A DNA stretch of 64,000 nt. It comes from Amoebophrya sp. A120. Taxonomy: Eukaryota > Protista > Dinoflagellata. The stretch lies in assembly GCA_905178155.1 (NCBI GenBank), contig CAJINV010000004.1:11501114-11565113 (forward strand). The letters are read 5' to 3'. Shown in pieces: positions 26,483 to 39,421 of this stretch. Every line of letters starts with the position of its first letter. The first letter of the stretch is position 1. The translations under genes were made by a program, and so were the position numbers. The notes below the pieces were generated by a model. That model saw only the letters and a list, made by a program, of their open reading frames with translations. It did no database searches and was not told the origin of the DNA.

Positions 26483-27209
26483 TTTAGCGGGCAAAGTAGT
26501 GCTTTTCTGGGTGCTCCAGATTGCCGGCCACCATAGATAAAGTGCGTGACAAGTTGGCCAAAAGATTGAGCCGAAGATCGGGCACAGCGATCGGCTCGCG
26601 CCGCCAAAATAAGGCAGCACCAACGTAGCTCGTAGACCGCCAGGAGAATACTGCGCCGCTCACCACATTGCGAGCGCGACCACGAAAAGGAAAGGGGGGG
26701 GACGCCTCCTACAATGTGTCAAATCTACATGCGCGCGAGAGGCCCCGCGAGGGGCCACAGCAGTAACACGAAACTGCGATCGAGACGGCCTTCCCGACCC
26801 CGCGCCTGGCCGAGCGCACAACGCACAGCAACTGGGTCGGGATCAGACGAAACAGCACACTCCGGACGCGTCCCCGGAGCCAGGGCGCTGAAACGTTGAG
26901 CCTCGCACAGTTAGTCCATGCGCGCGCGAGGACTGAGAGCTCGAGTGTCCTCTCATTTTGACTTCTCTGTTGAACCAATAGGATTGTAGTCTCGCGAGAT
27001 CTTCTCGCGAATAAGTTGTAAGTTGTAAATTGTATGGCGCTGACGCATGCACGTTTGCCTGAGCAACCCTCCCTCCAGGTGCGCTAGCTTCTCCACGGGA
27101 AACTTCTACAGCTTGTATGCTTGTAGCGTTAACGGACTGACTAAGGCCTCTCAACACCCCACTGCGGGGCAGATTTTGGAAAGATGAACTGCACACGAGA
27201 AGCACCGAG

Positions 27210-27536
27210 GTGCATTACAAGTTGAGCACTACTTTGATTCTTAGTGCTGCTCGGATTCGTGTTGACTTTCTTTTGCGTTTCGCTTGTCTTTGGGTATCGT
27301 TGGAGTATTCAGGTGGGAAAGACACCAACCGTCAAAATCAGGTTGTTGGTGGAGCAGGATCCACATTTGAAGAAGACCATGCTAAAGCACAAGCTGAAGC
27401 AAAACGCCAAGCAAAACTCGACGCGCTCCGAGAAAAACTGCAGAAAGGCGGAGCAGCGTCGATGTTCAGGAACCCCCCCCAATTAAGGGACGATGTGCAG
27501 GGATCAGGGGCACACTGTAAAGCACGTCTTGACTGA
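27210..27536 (+). CDS. Possible exon or fragment of a small coiled-coil protein
   Basis: FEEDHAKAQAEAKRQAKLDALREKLQKGG reads as protein-like, but no gene structure was resolved. Confidence 0.25.
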   Translation: MHYKLSTTLILSAARIRVDFLLRFACLWVSLEYSGGKDTNRQNQVVGGAGSTFEEDHAKAQAEAKRQAKLDALREKLQKGGAASMFRNPPQLRDDVQGSGAHCKARLD

Positions 27537-28088
27537 AGACGAGTGGACTCGCCTTGCACTGCGCTCAAAGAGGCATGTGAGAGGGGATGCATTGTCCTAC
27601 GATTGGAGAATCGTCATACTGGTGGAATGTGGTACACATAAGCGAAAACAAAATGAAACCTGCTCCGAAGCAATTGCAGCGAATCAAGTTGCACATGCAG
27701 AATGCCGAGCGAAATGGTGAATAAAATGAATTGTGACTGCTCCCTGCACTGGCATTCCCTGTTCACGGTGAGAAGACACAGATTGCAACCATCATGGGCG
27801 GACCGCATGACCCGCGCACTGACAGTCTACTCCTTGTCCTGTTCACTGCACAACTCGCGGCATCCGAGAGTTTACACAAGCGAGGTGGCGCTTTCCAAAC
27901 TTGCAGCGTCTGAGAGTTTTCTCGTTTCATGACCGTACAGCACAAAAGTTGTAGACATGCACATGTACGCAGCTTCTGGATAAGAACTCTCCCACACCCT
28001 CTTCATGCCCTAGCTTTACACAGCTTAGCAGCCCGTGTTGTAAGTATAGTACCTCCGCAAAACAAGAGCACGACAAACTCGCACAACC

Positions 28089-30375
28089 ATGGAAGCCCCC
28101 ACGACCCAGCGTCCTGCCACGCTGCCCGGGCGCAAACGCAGCCCCTCACCTAAGAGCAAGCGCCAAACCCCACCGAAACAGCACGATGTCCAGATTATCG
28201 AGCCCGAGCCGCTCCCCGTCCCGTACAAAGTCGGCCAACCCCGACTGTCCACGTTCGAAACAGCGCTCGTGAACACGCTCCCCCTCACCTACTTCAGTTC
28301 CATCTGGTGGGTGGGCACGCAGACCGGGGTCTGGTCCGGCGTTTTGGTCTACGGCCTGCGAAAGGCGATTTCGCAGAACTTCGGGGGTGAGCAGTTGCGG
28401 AAGTACTACATGGCGCTGGCGGCCTACTGGCTGTTGAACCTCCTGTCCCCGACCAAGCATTCCGGGTTTTTCCGCAACAAATCGGTCCGCAACCTACCCA
28501 TGTTCCGGGTTTTGTCCTCCTACTACCCGCACAAAAACATCGTCACCACGCCGCTGACCGGGAAAAAGTACTTTTTCGGGATGCACCCGCACGGGGTGCT
28601 GGCGCTCACGCTGGCGCCGTCGTTCGCCGAGGGCTGCGGGTTCGAGAACGAGCTGTTCCCCCAGTTGCGGATCCAAGTCTGCACCGTGGACGCCATCTTT
28701 CTGATGCCCTACGCCAACGAGCTGAGCCAGACCGCGGGGATGGTGACCAACCAGAAGAGCCAGATGGTGAAGAACTTGGCGAACAATAAGTCTTATCCCG
28801 TGTAGAAAAGATCAGATAATTGTCGTGGTTGGACAAGCACTTGCATAACAAGTAATTTTACTTCATACCTTCTGACACTGCATGAGCAATTGCAGTTTTC
28901 ACTTCTTCGTAGGGGAAATTTGTGATGCGCTGGGTAGTACAACCACTGCGGCTATACATGATCATCTTGTTGTACCACTTCATAAACCCATCGCGAACTA
29001 CATTGGTGGCGCGGACGAGGCGCTGCTGTCGGGCGGCGGGAAGATGCGGTTGATTTTGAAGAATCGGATGGGCTTCGTGCAGGTCTGCGTCGCGACCGGG
29101 ACGCCGTTGGTGCCGTGCCTCGCGTATCAACCGCAAATATGTCTGGGTCTGGGAGAATGTGAGGTTTGTCATGCATATCTTACATGATCTTAATCCATGA
29201 TGTCTGTGATGCATGCCTGAGCATCACAGATTTTTTGAAAGCGTCTTCATGCCTATTCTGCATGAGAAACACCCTCTCCACGTTGCAAAAACCTGACTCC
29301 ACTTGCTGCTCACGCAATAGAGATTTTTTTCGAGTCCCAATGTAGCATCACAAGTTGCATCCCTCCCGACCCAGACATATTTGCATTCCATATCGCCTTC
29401 GGGGAAACCGCTTTGTACCGACAGGTCTTCCACCCGGCGTTGCGCAAGCTGCAGCTGTGGATGGGCAAGCACCTGCCGATCTCGTTGCCCGTGGCCTACA
29501 ACGGATTGAAGGAAGACCACTGGATATGCAAGAAGAAAACTGTGTAAGTGTAACTTTTTTGGAGGAACAGCATCACAAGTTTGCTCTGCATGACAGAGAA
29601 AACCTGTCGTGCGTAGCTACTACGTGAAAACACGTACGAAAAGAGCCTCTGATGCATGTTCAGCATGACAGTTGTAAGCGTCTTGCATCGTCTGCAACAC
29701 AGAGGTACAGCTACACAGTTTTTTCCTTGGATACTGGATCACGCCCTTCCGCCCGCGCCGCGTGCCGACGTTCACGGTGTTCGGGAAGCCGATCGAGTGT
29801 CCGCTGGTGGACAAGAAGAGAGAGCCGGAGCGGTTTCGCCAAGTCGTTGCGGAAAAGCACGCGGAATACGTTGCGCAGTTACGGGAACTGCACGAGAAGT
29901 GGAAGTATGGAATGCGAATATGTCTGGGTCTGGAAGATTCGGAGGCCTGTCATGCAGATTTGCCATGATCCATGTCGTCTGGAATGCAGGACCTAGCGTG
30001 ACAGGATGTGCAGCCCCTTTGTGATGCCTGTTCTGCATGAGAAATGCCCTCGCAGCATGGCCAGAACTGAGCGCCTTTTGCACGTCACGCAACACAGAAA
30101 TTTGCATGATCCGCAACATGCATCACAGGTTCGCACCCTTCCAGACCCAGACATTCATATTTGCAATGCATAGGAAGCATCTGGGGACGGCGGAAGACCA
30201 GGAGTTGGAGATCTTGTCGGTGGAGGAAAGTCGGAAGCCGCATGTTTTGGGCGACTTGAAACGCGGGCAGGAGAGAATGGATGAGCTGAAGAAATTGCAG
30301 CAGTACGATTTACGGAAGGGCGGGAAAGTGTTGCTGGGAGGGAGTGAGCACTTGCGGTATAATGCCAGCTTGTGA
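28089..30375 (+). CDS. DGAT2: Diacylglycerol/monoacylglycerol acyltransferase, DGAT2 family; 5 exons
   Basis: GMHPHGVL, YIGGADEAL, RMGFVQ...TPLVPCLAFGE and VFGKPI motifs, assembled after removing four TAT...ATA elements. Confidence 0.9.
28794..28984. mobile_element. Degenerate (old) introner
   Basis: TAT...ATA ends, weak TIR, flanks AGTCT/AACCC. Removal plus 5 nt gives NNKSIANYIGG. Confidence 0.65.
29125..29392. mobile_element. Introner family A
   Basis: TSD TCGCG/TCGCC. TIR GCAAATATGTCTGGGTC. Removal restores LVPCLAFGE. Confidence 0.9.
29525..29733. mobile_element. Introner, distinct TIR family
   Basis: TSD CTGGA/CTGGA. TIR of about 31 bp, TATGCAAGAAGAAAACTGTGTA. Removal gives EDHWITPF. 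Confidence 0.9.
29906..30172. mobile_element. Introner family A
   Basis: TSD GGAAG/GGAAG. TIR ATGTCTGGGTCTGGAAG. Removal gives EKWKHLGT. Confidence 0.9.
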
Positions 30376-31280
30376 TGAAGATAGTTTTTCGAGTCTTTTT
30401 TTGTAAGCAAAAATTTTGTTTCCCTGTGAAGCTGAACTTACCTGACTTGCATGAAGCATATACTTACGCAGAAACTGTGTCGGCCAAGTCCAAGTCCGAG
30501 TGTGTATGGAGTAAGGTACAGTTCGTTCAGATAAATGACTTTTTGAGACAATACCATGATAGATAACATAGCATAAAACTAAGAGCACTTTTGTTTTTGC
30601 GCAGTGCCGTAAGTCATCTTCCGTTGTGATTATTGATATGCTACTTTCCACCTTCCTGCACTTGCTGTGTGATTAAACAAATTTTCCATGTTTTTATTTT
30701 ATTTTTTTGCATACAGTACTACATCGTGAATGAACGGGAAGTTTGGGTCGGCTTTCGGGTGTAGCTCGAGTTCTGCCGTAGTGAAGTCATTGCGCTTTGA
30801 CAAAGAAAACTGCACTGTTTCTACAGAAACAGATCTCATGGCTTTTTGAAATCATAGCACCCTTTAGTAACTTGGCAAAGCTTTTGAACTGATGTTCCTT
30901 CAAATCTTTGGCTCTAGAGGCAAGTACCTGACAACGCACTGGCAATGGATTTTGGAAACTATTCAGGTTTGTGTCAGCGGATGGAAATCGTAATTTCTTC
31001 TTTCAAAAACCAAATTTAACATGTGTTCCTTGCACCTATTCATGGTCGTAGCTGATCGTAGAATTTGTCGCGAGACCCAATTTAATGAAATCGCTTCCGG
31101 GACAGATAAGAAATTGTAAATAGAAGCACGTCTACGAAGACATAAAATCACAGGGGTTGGATTACTGAAAAGCTTTGGTAGCGGCAGATAGAGATCTCTA
31201 GTTCATGCGAATTATGTGGGCACACACTAAGCGCATTTTTTGACGAATGGACTTGTAGGTGTGATTTGTTTGTCTAATTT

Positions 31281-33224
31281 ATGTCCAAGTGTTCAGGTTG
31301 TGCCAATTGCTTCCAAGGCTATTTGCGTTTGCCGTTTCGTAGAACAATGTTGCAGCTAAAGGAAAAAATGCTGGATGACCGACTCAAAATGATTGTGGGA
31401 GAGATATTCACGCGAAACGGTGTAGATCCGGACGGCCTGGCGAGGGACCTACCCGATAGTGTTTTTGACGGACTCCTTTGGGAGTTCTGCTCAGAAGTAC
31501 TCCTCAAATTGGTGCTGAATTATTTCGGCTACAATCCGAAGTTGCTTGTGAGGTGTGAGCCGGATTGTGTTTCGCGATTGCCAGGAGTGGCTGTTTGGCG
31601 TTTTGCCAACATTACGAAGGAAAACCATCATGCAATAGTTTTTGTAGAAATGCCCGGTCGCGTCCGCGTGCGCGACGTTGAAATAGTCGTCGAACTTTTT
31701 CCAAAATTGGAATCGAGACCGGGCCCGAGCGGCTTGCCGGACGATGTGAAGCAGATTTTGGATGGCTATGACAGTGATATGCGTGACGATCCCTTCCGCC
31801 GGCTCTACGCAGCATGCGAAGATATGGCGTTTCGCAGGCATCCCGGTCTTCTTTTCCTCTTAGGCGTAGCAGGTGAAGCAGCGTACGGGGAATTTCCGGC
31901 AGGAGATCCTGATCAGGCAGAGTTTTGGGTTGGTTCACACACGTTGGACACCTTCGTGGAGCGTACCGGCTGCACAAGAGTGCAAGAGCTCGAAACCATA
32001 GATTATTCACTCACCGTGCGGCACAAGCGGACGGGCGAGCCGCGCTGCAGATTCAGTTCCCGGCGAAAAACAGTGCTTGTCATGGACGGGGTGCGTTTTC
32101 CGGTCCGCGTTGTAGAGGCCGTGTCACCAGCAGAGTGCCTAGAAATCCACAGCATGCCCTTCGTTCAGAATCCCGGCCGTCCTAGGGGGGCTGTGGACGT
32201 GGAGTTCGGTAGTTACGCACACGCGAGGTATGGTGTGGTGAATAGCTTTTGCCCATCGGTTTTGCCAGTTTCCGCTGAGTTTGCTCGATATCCCAAGAGA
32301 TGTGGCCTCGGCGTTCGCAGATACGCGCTTCGCGACTTCCTGGATGACGCGCCTTCGCACCCTGATACGCCCGCCAATGCTCCTTCAACCTCACATGACG
32401 TTCCTACCTTACTGACGCCCAGTCTCCCAGGGGCAACAATGTCGTCATCATCCAGGCTGAAAGCCACCCCCGGACGAAGGAGAAGAAACTTGAACGCAAA
32501 TCTGGCATGGGCCCGACGCACTCTTCGAACGAATGGTGCCTACTACTGGTTGGCCGTAAACGCGACGCGGGGAAGGTACCAAGAGTGGAGCAGCGGTGTT
32601 CCTGACATCTTCGCTATGGCCACACGAAGCGGGGCGGTTCGCCGGGACCAACTGGTAAAACATGCCGACATGGCTGAGATTTTGACTTTTGTGGGAAACA
32701 TGCAGGAGCACCTGGACGAACCGGAGAACGGGGCTGCGAAGGAGGTTTTGCGCAAATGGGCGGTAGGCTACAAAGGCGGAAAATTTTACGACGAGGACCG
32801 ATTCGAGGTAACCGCCGGCGAGCTCTTTCCGCTATTTTTCGTCGACAAGGTATGCCCAAAGACCCACGAGTTGTGGTCCGACTATACGAACGTGACGCGC
32901 CAGTGGAAGCGTATGCGGGACAACAAAGCGCTCCGAAGTTTGAAGGTTGACTACAAGAGTGGCAGTTCCGAACTCCACAGACTCCTGCAAGCGGACTGGG
33001 ATTTGTGGGACACGGATTACCCACAGGCAATCGCATTTTTCCGAAATTTGCCCGAGGACCCGCAGTGCCGCCGGGATGTTCTCGAATGGAAGGACGGGAG
33101 CGGTCTAACTGCAGTCGATTCAATCGAGGCAGACTGGCGAGGAGACCTGGAGCAGACGCTCTGGAATGCGGTGGGTGAAGCTGAGAACTCCAGTAGTGAC
33201 GCGGCTGCTGTAAGTGGTGGATGA
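31281..33224 (+). CDS. Hypothetical protein, intronless; start may be the Met near 31348
   Basis: 647-codon ORF with globular-looking composition. No family recognised. Confidence 0.65.
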   Translation: MSKCSGCANCFQGYLRLPFRRTMLQLKEKMLDDRLKMIVGEIFTRNGVDPDGLARDLPDSVFDGLLWEFCSEVLLKLVLNYFGYNPKLLVRCEPDCVSRLPGVAVWRFANITKENHHAIVFVEMPGRVRVRDVEIVVELFPKLESRPGPSGLPDDVKQILDGYDSDMRDDPFRRLYAACEDMAFRRHPGLLFLLGVAGEAAYGEFPAGDPDQAEFWVGSHTLDTFVERTGCTRVQELETIDYSLTVRHKRTGEPRCRFSSRRKTVLVMDGVRFPVRVVEAVSPAECLEIHSMPFVQNPGRPRGAVDVEFGSYAHARYGVVNSFCPSVLPVSAEFARYPKRCGLGVRRYALRDFLDDAPSHPDTPANAPSTSHDVPTLLTPSLPGATMSSSSRLKATPGRRRRNLNANLAWARRTLRTNGAYYWLAVNATRGRYQEWSSGVPDIFAMATRSGAVRRDQLVKHADMAEILTFVGNMQEHLDEPENGAAKEVLRKWAVGYKGGKFYDEDRFEVTAGELFPLFFVDKVCPKTHELWSDYTNVTRQWKRMRDNKALRSLKVDYKSGSSELHRLLQADWDLWDTDYPQAIAFFRNLPEDPQCRRDVLEWKDGSGLTAVDSIEADWRGDLEQTLWNAVGEAENSSSDAAAVSGG

Positions 33225-33793
33225 GAAGGCGAGGCCTGAGCAAGAGCTAGCTGTAAAAATTTTGGTACCAAATGCATGAGCGCTCTATAGTATTCGATTT
33301 CTATTCCACCTGAGCGTGTCCTGAGCGACTATGTCCTATCGTTTCGTTTTTTCATCACGGGCAGCACTCTGATGTGACCTTTGAGCTTTCTTAACAGCCT
33401 TGAGATGCTTGCGTCAGCAGGATTCAGGTCGATCGCCAGCCCGCGTTGTGGTAAACAGAAGTGTTCTGAAATGTTTTTCACTTATTTCTTGGAGCTGTTT
33501 GTTCATCGTACCTTGTGAATTTCAAGCACTCGTCATCGTCAAAACTGAAAACCGTCGTTCAGGTTCCGTTCTGACATTTCGTGCGCGAATCTGTGCACCA
33601 TCGTCGTCGTTCTTCCTGTGGTCATGCTCGTTGTCACGAATCCCAGCCGTGCCTGGTTATGGTACTTCTTTACAGAGACTGACAAATATCTTTTCTGACC
33701 CCGCCCATCACAATCGAAGCACCGAAAAAACCAAGCCTGACCTAGTACCCGTCGATCGTTTTACAACGCGCTTCCCGAAGCAAAACGAAAGCC

Positions 33794-35905
33794 ATGTTGG
33801 CACCTTGCTTCTCCATGCTTATTATTGTAGTTCTCTCCTTATACTTTACCTCTTTGTGGTGTAGTATAATTACGCCTTTTTTTGGTGTAGTAATTCCTTG
33901 GAGTGCAAGCGATATCGCAGCGCTGCACGCGGCAAATTCGGATTTACCTACCGAACAAGTGACGCCGGCAAATAAAACGAATCTTCGAAGTCACTCCTTT
34001 CTGCAACCGTCCTCCTCAGCGCCGAAGGGTAACAAAGAAACTTTTGTCCACGAGAGCTCTCCTAAGTCCCTGCTCGAGCGGTCTCGCACGGGTGCGTCAC
34101 GTTCTACAGAGGAAAAAGCGGAACTCAAGCCAGCGGTCCTCCCGAAGCCGCAGTACGACTTCAACCAGTGGTCGGACCCGATCCGGAACCAGATTTGCGA
34201 CGACAGCTTCCCCGGATTCACTTGTACAGTAAATGACAAGAACCAGCGCGTGTACCGCTTCACCGCGGGCACGTTCAAGATCGACCGGCAGTTCCTCGTG
34301 CCCGAGAACACGATTTTGCAGGGCAACAGCGACCCGAACGGCAAACTAGCGGACGATTTTCGCGACATTGAAAATGCGCAGAATTCCTTCGGGAAATTGA
34401 CTTTGCAACAAGTAGAAAACTCCCGTCCGGATTATTCTACGCAAACCCTTTTCCTCGCGACGCGGGGGGCGACGAGCAACAACGATCGGTATTGCAAGGT
34501 CGGCGATCTGTACAACCCGGGGAAGAACTGGCGAGTCGGGCTAGTGTTCTCCAGCAACACCGCAGTGCTCGATGTCAGCTACCAGGGTATCGACACCATT
34601 CGGCCCTCGGACAACGGAAGTCTCTGCGGCGGCGGCGCTTTCGAGACCAAGGGGTGTGTGCAGGACTTCTGCGGCGGTGATCAGAACACGGGGGGTAGTG
34701 ACGGCCGCGGCTCGAAAAACGTGGTTATTGCGAACGTCCGGGTCAACGATTTCTACTATGAGGAGGACAAAAACAAGATCGGGGTCCGCATTCCCGGCAA
34801 CGACAACGTGCCCGGGGGGTGCATCTACTGCCAGCCCAACAACGTCCGGGCGTCGCAGATCGCGCTGTGGGTCCCGATGACCCGCGACGGATCTGCCTCC
34901 GAGAACATTGTGATCCGCAATTTGGTCGTGATGTCGCTGCAGGGGGACGGGATCAATTTCCACGGCAAGGTGAACAACGGCGTGGTGCAAAACGCCTGGA
35001 TCATGAACACGGGGGACGACATCTACGCGGTGTGGGGGGCGCAAAACCCCGGGGAGAAAATCATGTTCAAGAACACCGTCGCCTACAACCCGGGCATCAT
35101 GCGCCCCGGCTGGTACGGCCAGTGCTACGCGACGTACGGGCTGCGGTCGGTCTACATTTTGAACCACTTCTGTCGCAGCCCGTTGCTGGACCGAATCACC
35201 GTGTTTCCCTGGGGCGACAAGGCGCAACAGAATTCCGTAACCATGATTGGTATGCACGAGTCCTTCGACGCGTTGTACCCCGCAGGCGGGGAGCTGATCG
35301 TGTCGAACTACGAATTCACCGACTTGGACAACAATATCCATGTCGACGACGGGTCGGATCCGAGCCTGGGAAAAAATTCCGTTCCGATCAAGAAGATGAT
35401 TTTCAACAGCGACGACAAGGGTACCCGTGCGCCCTATTTCAAGTGGGGCGGAAACATCAACGTCAAGGTGGAATTCAACCAGGACGGGGCGATTGCAGAC
35501 TCCAAGTGGATGAACGACTGGATGAGAACGACCGGCTTGGTGCTGGGCGAAAGGTTTCTGCCGACGAGGACTGCCGGAGGTGGACCCAATGCTGGTGCCG
35601 GCACTGGCGTGGCAGGGGGATTGCCGTGGCAACAAGGTTATGTTCCCTCGTCGGCGACTGCAAATACTGGAGATACAACTCAAATCGGCGGAGGAGGAAA
35701 TGCAAATGGCAATGGCAGCGGGCAGGTGCCAGCGGCGCCCGGGCTGGCATCAACAGGGTACTATGCGGAGAAGGCGGGTCCTATCGGGTGTTGCGGTGGC
35801 CAGAATCGGGTGTCGTACGACGGATCTGCTGGCCAAGCAGTTTCTATGCAGCCGGCGGGGAATACTCAGGCGCAGCCCCTTGCGGGAGGGGCGACCGGAA
35901 GATGA
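33794..35905 (+). CDS. Membrane-anchored or secreted right-handed beta-helix protein (pectin-lyase fold), GH87 alpha-1,3-glucanase-like
   Basis: N-terminal hydrophobic segment. GDGINFHGKVNNGVVQNAWIMNTGDDIYAVWG resembles the DG-x-N...TGDD-x-A motif of GH87/GH28-type beta-helix hydrolases. Confidence 0.65.
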   Translation: MLAPCFSMLIIVVLSLYFTSLWCSIITPFFGVVIPWSASDIAALHAANSDLPTEQVTPANKTNLRSHSFLQPSSSAPKGNKETFVHESSPKSLLERSRTGASRSTEEKAELKPAVLPKPQYDFNQWSDPIRNQICDDSFPGFTCTVNDKNQRVYRFTAGTFKIDRQFLVPENTILQGNSDPNGKLADDFRDIENAQNSFGKLTLQQVENSRPDYSTQTLFLATRGATSNNDRYCKVGDLYNPGKNWRVGLVFSSNTAVLDVSYQGIDTIRPSDNGSLCGGGAFETKGCVQDFCGGDQNTGGSDGRGSKNVVIANVRVNDFYYEEDKNKIGVRIPGNDNVPGGCIYCQPNNVRASQIALWVPMTRDGSASENIVIRNLVVMSLQGDGINFHGKVNNGVVQNAWIMNTGDDIYAVWGAQNPGEKIMFKNTVAYNPGIMRPGWYGQCYATYGLRSVYILNHFCRSPLLDRITVFPWGDKAQQNSVTMIGMHESFDALYPAGGELIVSNYEFTDLDNNIHVDDGSDPSLGKNSVPIKKMIFNSDDKGTRAPYFKWGGNINVKVEFNQDGAIADSKWMNDWMRTTGLVLGERFLPTRTAGGGPNAGAGTGVAGGLPWQQGYVPSSATANTGDTTQIGGGGNANGNGSGQVPAAPGLASTGYYAEKAGPIGCCGGQNRVSYDGSAGQAVSMQPAGNTQAQPLAGGATGR

Positions 35906-36471
35906 AGAGAAAGTTTTGTGGAAGTGAGAAAGTGGACTGTAGCTTTGGTCTCTAGGCAAGGTCAGCTTGTTGTAGCTTCGCGGGAAAAAATATTTATCAG
36001 CTTCACTTGTCTGAAGCTCCAGCTACTTTACTGTCATTGGAATTGAATGGATACAATTGAAACAGTGAGCGAAGTGCCCGCGCCCGCTCAGTAAGGTATC
36101 TTGAAGTCTCACATGATAAAAGGTTCAGGCTCGGCCAGGATAGATGCGATACAGACTAGTTGCTCGTCTTCTTTGAGTCGCGTGTTCGGCAGTCGGTCGC
36201 AACTGGAAATCGTGTGACTCGTCGTGTGTGTTGTGTGAAGAGATCTTATTGCACAGTGGGGCTTGGTGGACGAACGCGATGGAAAAAACGCTGCTCAAGA
36301 GAAATCAAATCGTGATGCGAGCAGACGTTTTTGGTATTGTCCGTACAGTTTTTCTTCCCCGTTTCTATCTAAGTCTCTGCAGCAGACTGTACATGAGCGC
36401 TTCTCAGTGCTGCACCTACCGTTAGCAGTAAGCCCAAAACCAGAAAGCACCAATACCGAACCAACAAAAAC

Positions 36472-37274
36472 ATGCCCGAACTACCTGCCCCCGCCGTCGA
36501 TCCGCACTTCCTAGCCGCCCCGGGTGCAGCAGCCAACGTTGCTGAGGATGAAAAGGCTAAACTGCCGCCGATGAAGCGGCAAAAGCGAGAGAAGACGCCG
36601 GCAGCGGAAGCCGCAAAGGCGGAAAAGAAGCGGTTGCAGGACGAGGAAAAGGTGCGGAAGAAGCAGGAGAAAGAAGCGGAGAAAGTGGCGAGGAATCAGG
36701 CGATCGCGGACGAGAAAATGGTATACTGGAATGAAAATTGGTGAAAACGCAAAAAGCGCGGTGTGATGGTTTTCGAAATGGCACCACTTTCTCTGCCCCT
36801 TGCTGGTCTTTCTGATTCTGTGCCGCGCGACGCGACAATGCTTGTAGTTACATGCATAGCAAAAAAATCCAACAGGAAAAGGCGCGGCTGAAGAAGTTTG
36901 ACAAGGAGCTGGGGGACAAGATCAAGGACTATGTGCAGGGGCGGTCGACCCAACTGGAGTATTCCATGGACGACGCGGAATTCAACTACATGTTCTCGCA
37001 GTTCCTGCCCACCTGCCAGTACGAGAAAAAAATCACCACGGAGAAAACCTTCGGCGACGGGCGCGTGGAGCGTACGGTCGAGACCGTGGAGAAGGCCCTG
37101 TACCTGTCGGCCCACCAGGTGTCCGCTATCTTCGGCTGCAGCAAAGTCCGGGGTGGCACCTACGGCCGGTTCCACGGGGCGACCACCTGGAACATCACCT
37201 CCATGGTGGTCAAGCGACTTTCGCCGAACCGCGTGCGCATCACCTGGAAGCTGAGTGGGGCGGCAGATTTTTAA
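36472..37274 (+). CDS. Unknown family, tandem paralog 1
   Basis: Charged coiled-coil N-terminus, GT-AG intron 36721-36875, domain GDKIKDYVQG...EFNYMF...KALYLSAHQVSAIFG...WNITSMVVKR. Confidence 0.8.
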
Positions 37275-38209
37275 GAAGTGTACGCAGGCGTGTTGAATAA
37301 GGCTCTCTGGCTGAAAATTGACCTGATAGTTGCGTCCATCTAGACGTTGTTGTGAATCACAAGTAGTGCTGCAAAGTTGATTCGAAACGCCTTGATGCGA
37401 AGGAGAAAAGGTCTAGATAGAACGTAAGTCCTTTGGCGCAGGAGGATATTCTGATATTCTGATTTTGCTTTGACTTATTATCATCCGTGAGCTCTAGTAG
37501 CATAGCTATAGCCGAGCTGGAGCTTGTATTTGTAAGTGGCAGCTTCTGTAAAGTTTTGCAGGTGGTCAATTATGATTCCTAGAATGTGAATGCACACGCC
37601 GAATTCTGTGGCAGACTCTCAAATGAACTGCAACCAAAATTGTCCTGCGCTGGTTCTGCTGGAGCAAGAGCCCTACAAGGACGAAAGGAGGATCTGACTC
37701 AAGTGCAAGCAATGTGAAAAAATGTAAGCGTGCGCATTAATCTCACGATGGTAATCAACTAAAACCAGAAAGATGGTCGTTGTTAGTCAGTGCGCGATTA
37801 TGAAATGATCCCACTTCACGACAATGCTGCTCAACCGCTTGGGCCGCGAATCGTGTGTCGCTGTTTACAATTTTGGTAGAAAGTACATGCCGGGAAGATG
37901 GCTTCGGGACTTTGATGCAGCGGGCTTGTTTCGTTTTCTGCTTTGTCATCTCGCATTTGTGTTTTTTTTTTTGGTTAGGGTTCGCATAGGGCGTCGCTAT
38001 TTCTTCTCGTGCATTCATTCTGGTCGTTTGATTCTGTGGCATTTGCATTTGCTCGCTGCAATCCGATGAAAGGCAAAGAAGTAGCCCTTACAACACGCGT
38101 AACGCAGAATATCAGATGAAACAGAAGTACTTACGCATTGCCGCACGACATAGGTGGACATTTTCTTCTTGCGCCATGTCGTAGTTGTCAAGCGCCAACC
38201 AGCAGAGAG

Positions 38210-39421
38210 ATGCCGCAAATCGACGCCAGCTGTTCACCGCCCCTGAAACGGGCGCGCAACAAGCAGGGCCCCGAACCGCCAGGAGACATGGTGGACGAAA
38301 GTGCCGCAGCGGAAGCTGCGGCAAAGCAGGCGAAGGAAGCCAAGAAGCAGATGGACCGCCACCGGCAAATCCAGCGCGTGCTTGGGCGGATGATCAACGA
38401 TCAGGTCAAGGAAAACGGCGAAAAGACACAGCGGATTTACCTTTCGCAGGTTGAGTACGACTACCTCTTCCGCGATTTTCTGCATGTGCAAACGCAGCCC
38501 GCGTCCGACTTGTTGGAGCTGCGCCTCGGGCCAGGAGGCGCGCAGCAGGTCTTCGGGGGCGGGGTGGCAAAGAAGCATACGGTCCTGCGAAAAATCTCCG
38601 CCATGACGGTCACGCGGTGTACCCGGGAGTTAACGGGGCACAGCTTTTTTCTGGGAAAGGACAAGGAAGCGGGTCTTGTGAGAATGTCTTGGGAGCTGGA
38701 AGACGCGCAGGTGGGAAACAAAGCACAAGGCAAGGAGTCTGCGAAAGCCGAGAAGAAGCGTTTGCAGGATGAGGAAAAGGCCCGAAAGAAGCAACAGAAG
38801 GAGGCCGAAGGGGCCGCGCTGAAGGCTGCGGAAGCGGAGGAAAAAGCTGTACAGCGTTTGGCATTATGCATTCTACATTTTTAGCGCAGGAGGACGAGCA
38901 GAGTGTCACGCGTTCGAAGTGTTTCGCCTTAACTAGTCTTCGGCGGAGGATTCCCTGTTTTGTTATCCACCTCTTAGGATGTCACCAAATTCAACATTAT
39001 GCACTGAAATTATATCTGACCACAGGAGACGACCCGGCTGCGAGCGTACCACAAGACCGTGGGCGACCGGTTGAAAACGTACGTCCAGGGACAGTGCAAG
39101 AGTGCGGACCTCAAGATGTCGCCGGCTGAGTATGAGCATGTGTTCCGTGCCATGCTACACTTGGAATGCTCGAAGAAGATTACGACCGAGTCGACGTATC
39201 GGGACGGGTCAGTGACGGTCACAACGCAACACGTGAGCAAGGCCCTGTACCTGAGCGCCGACCAAGTCGCCTCCGTGTTCGGCGTGACGGAGACGCAGGG
39301 TGGATCTTGGAACCCGGCCGACGGTCAAACGAGATGGCGTATCGCCTCCATGGTAGCGAAGCGGACGGACCCAGGGGTCGTCTCTCTCGAGTGGACGCTC
39401 AACTACGAAGATGATCTTTGA
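38210..39421 (+). CDS. Unknown family, tandem paralog 2 (two domain copies)
   Basis: GT-AG intron 38849-39025 at the homologous position. Domain GDRLKTYVQG...EYEHVF...KALYLSADQVASVFG...WRIASMVAKR, plus a diverged copy in exon 1. Confidence 0.8.
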
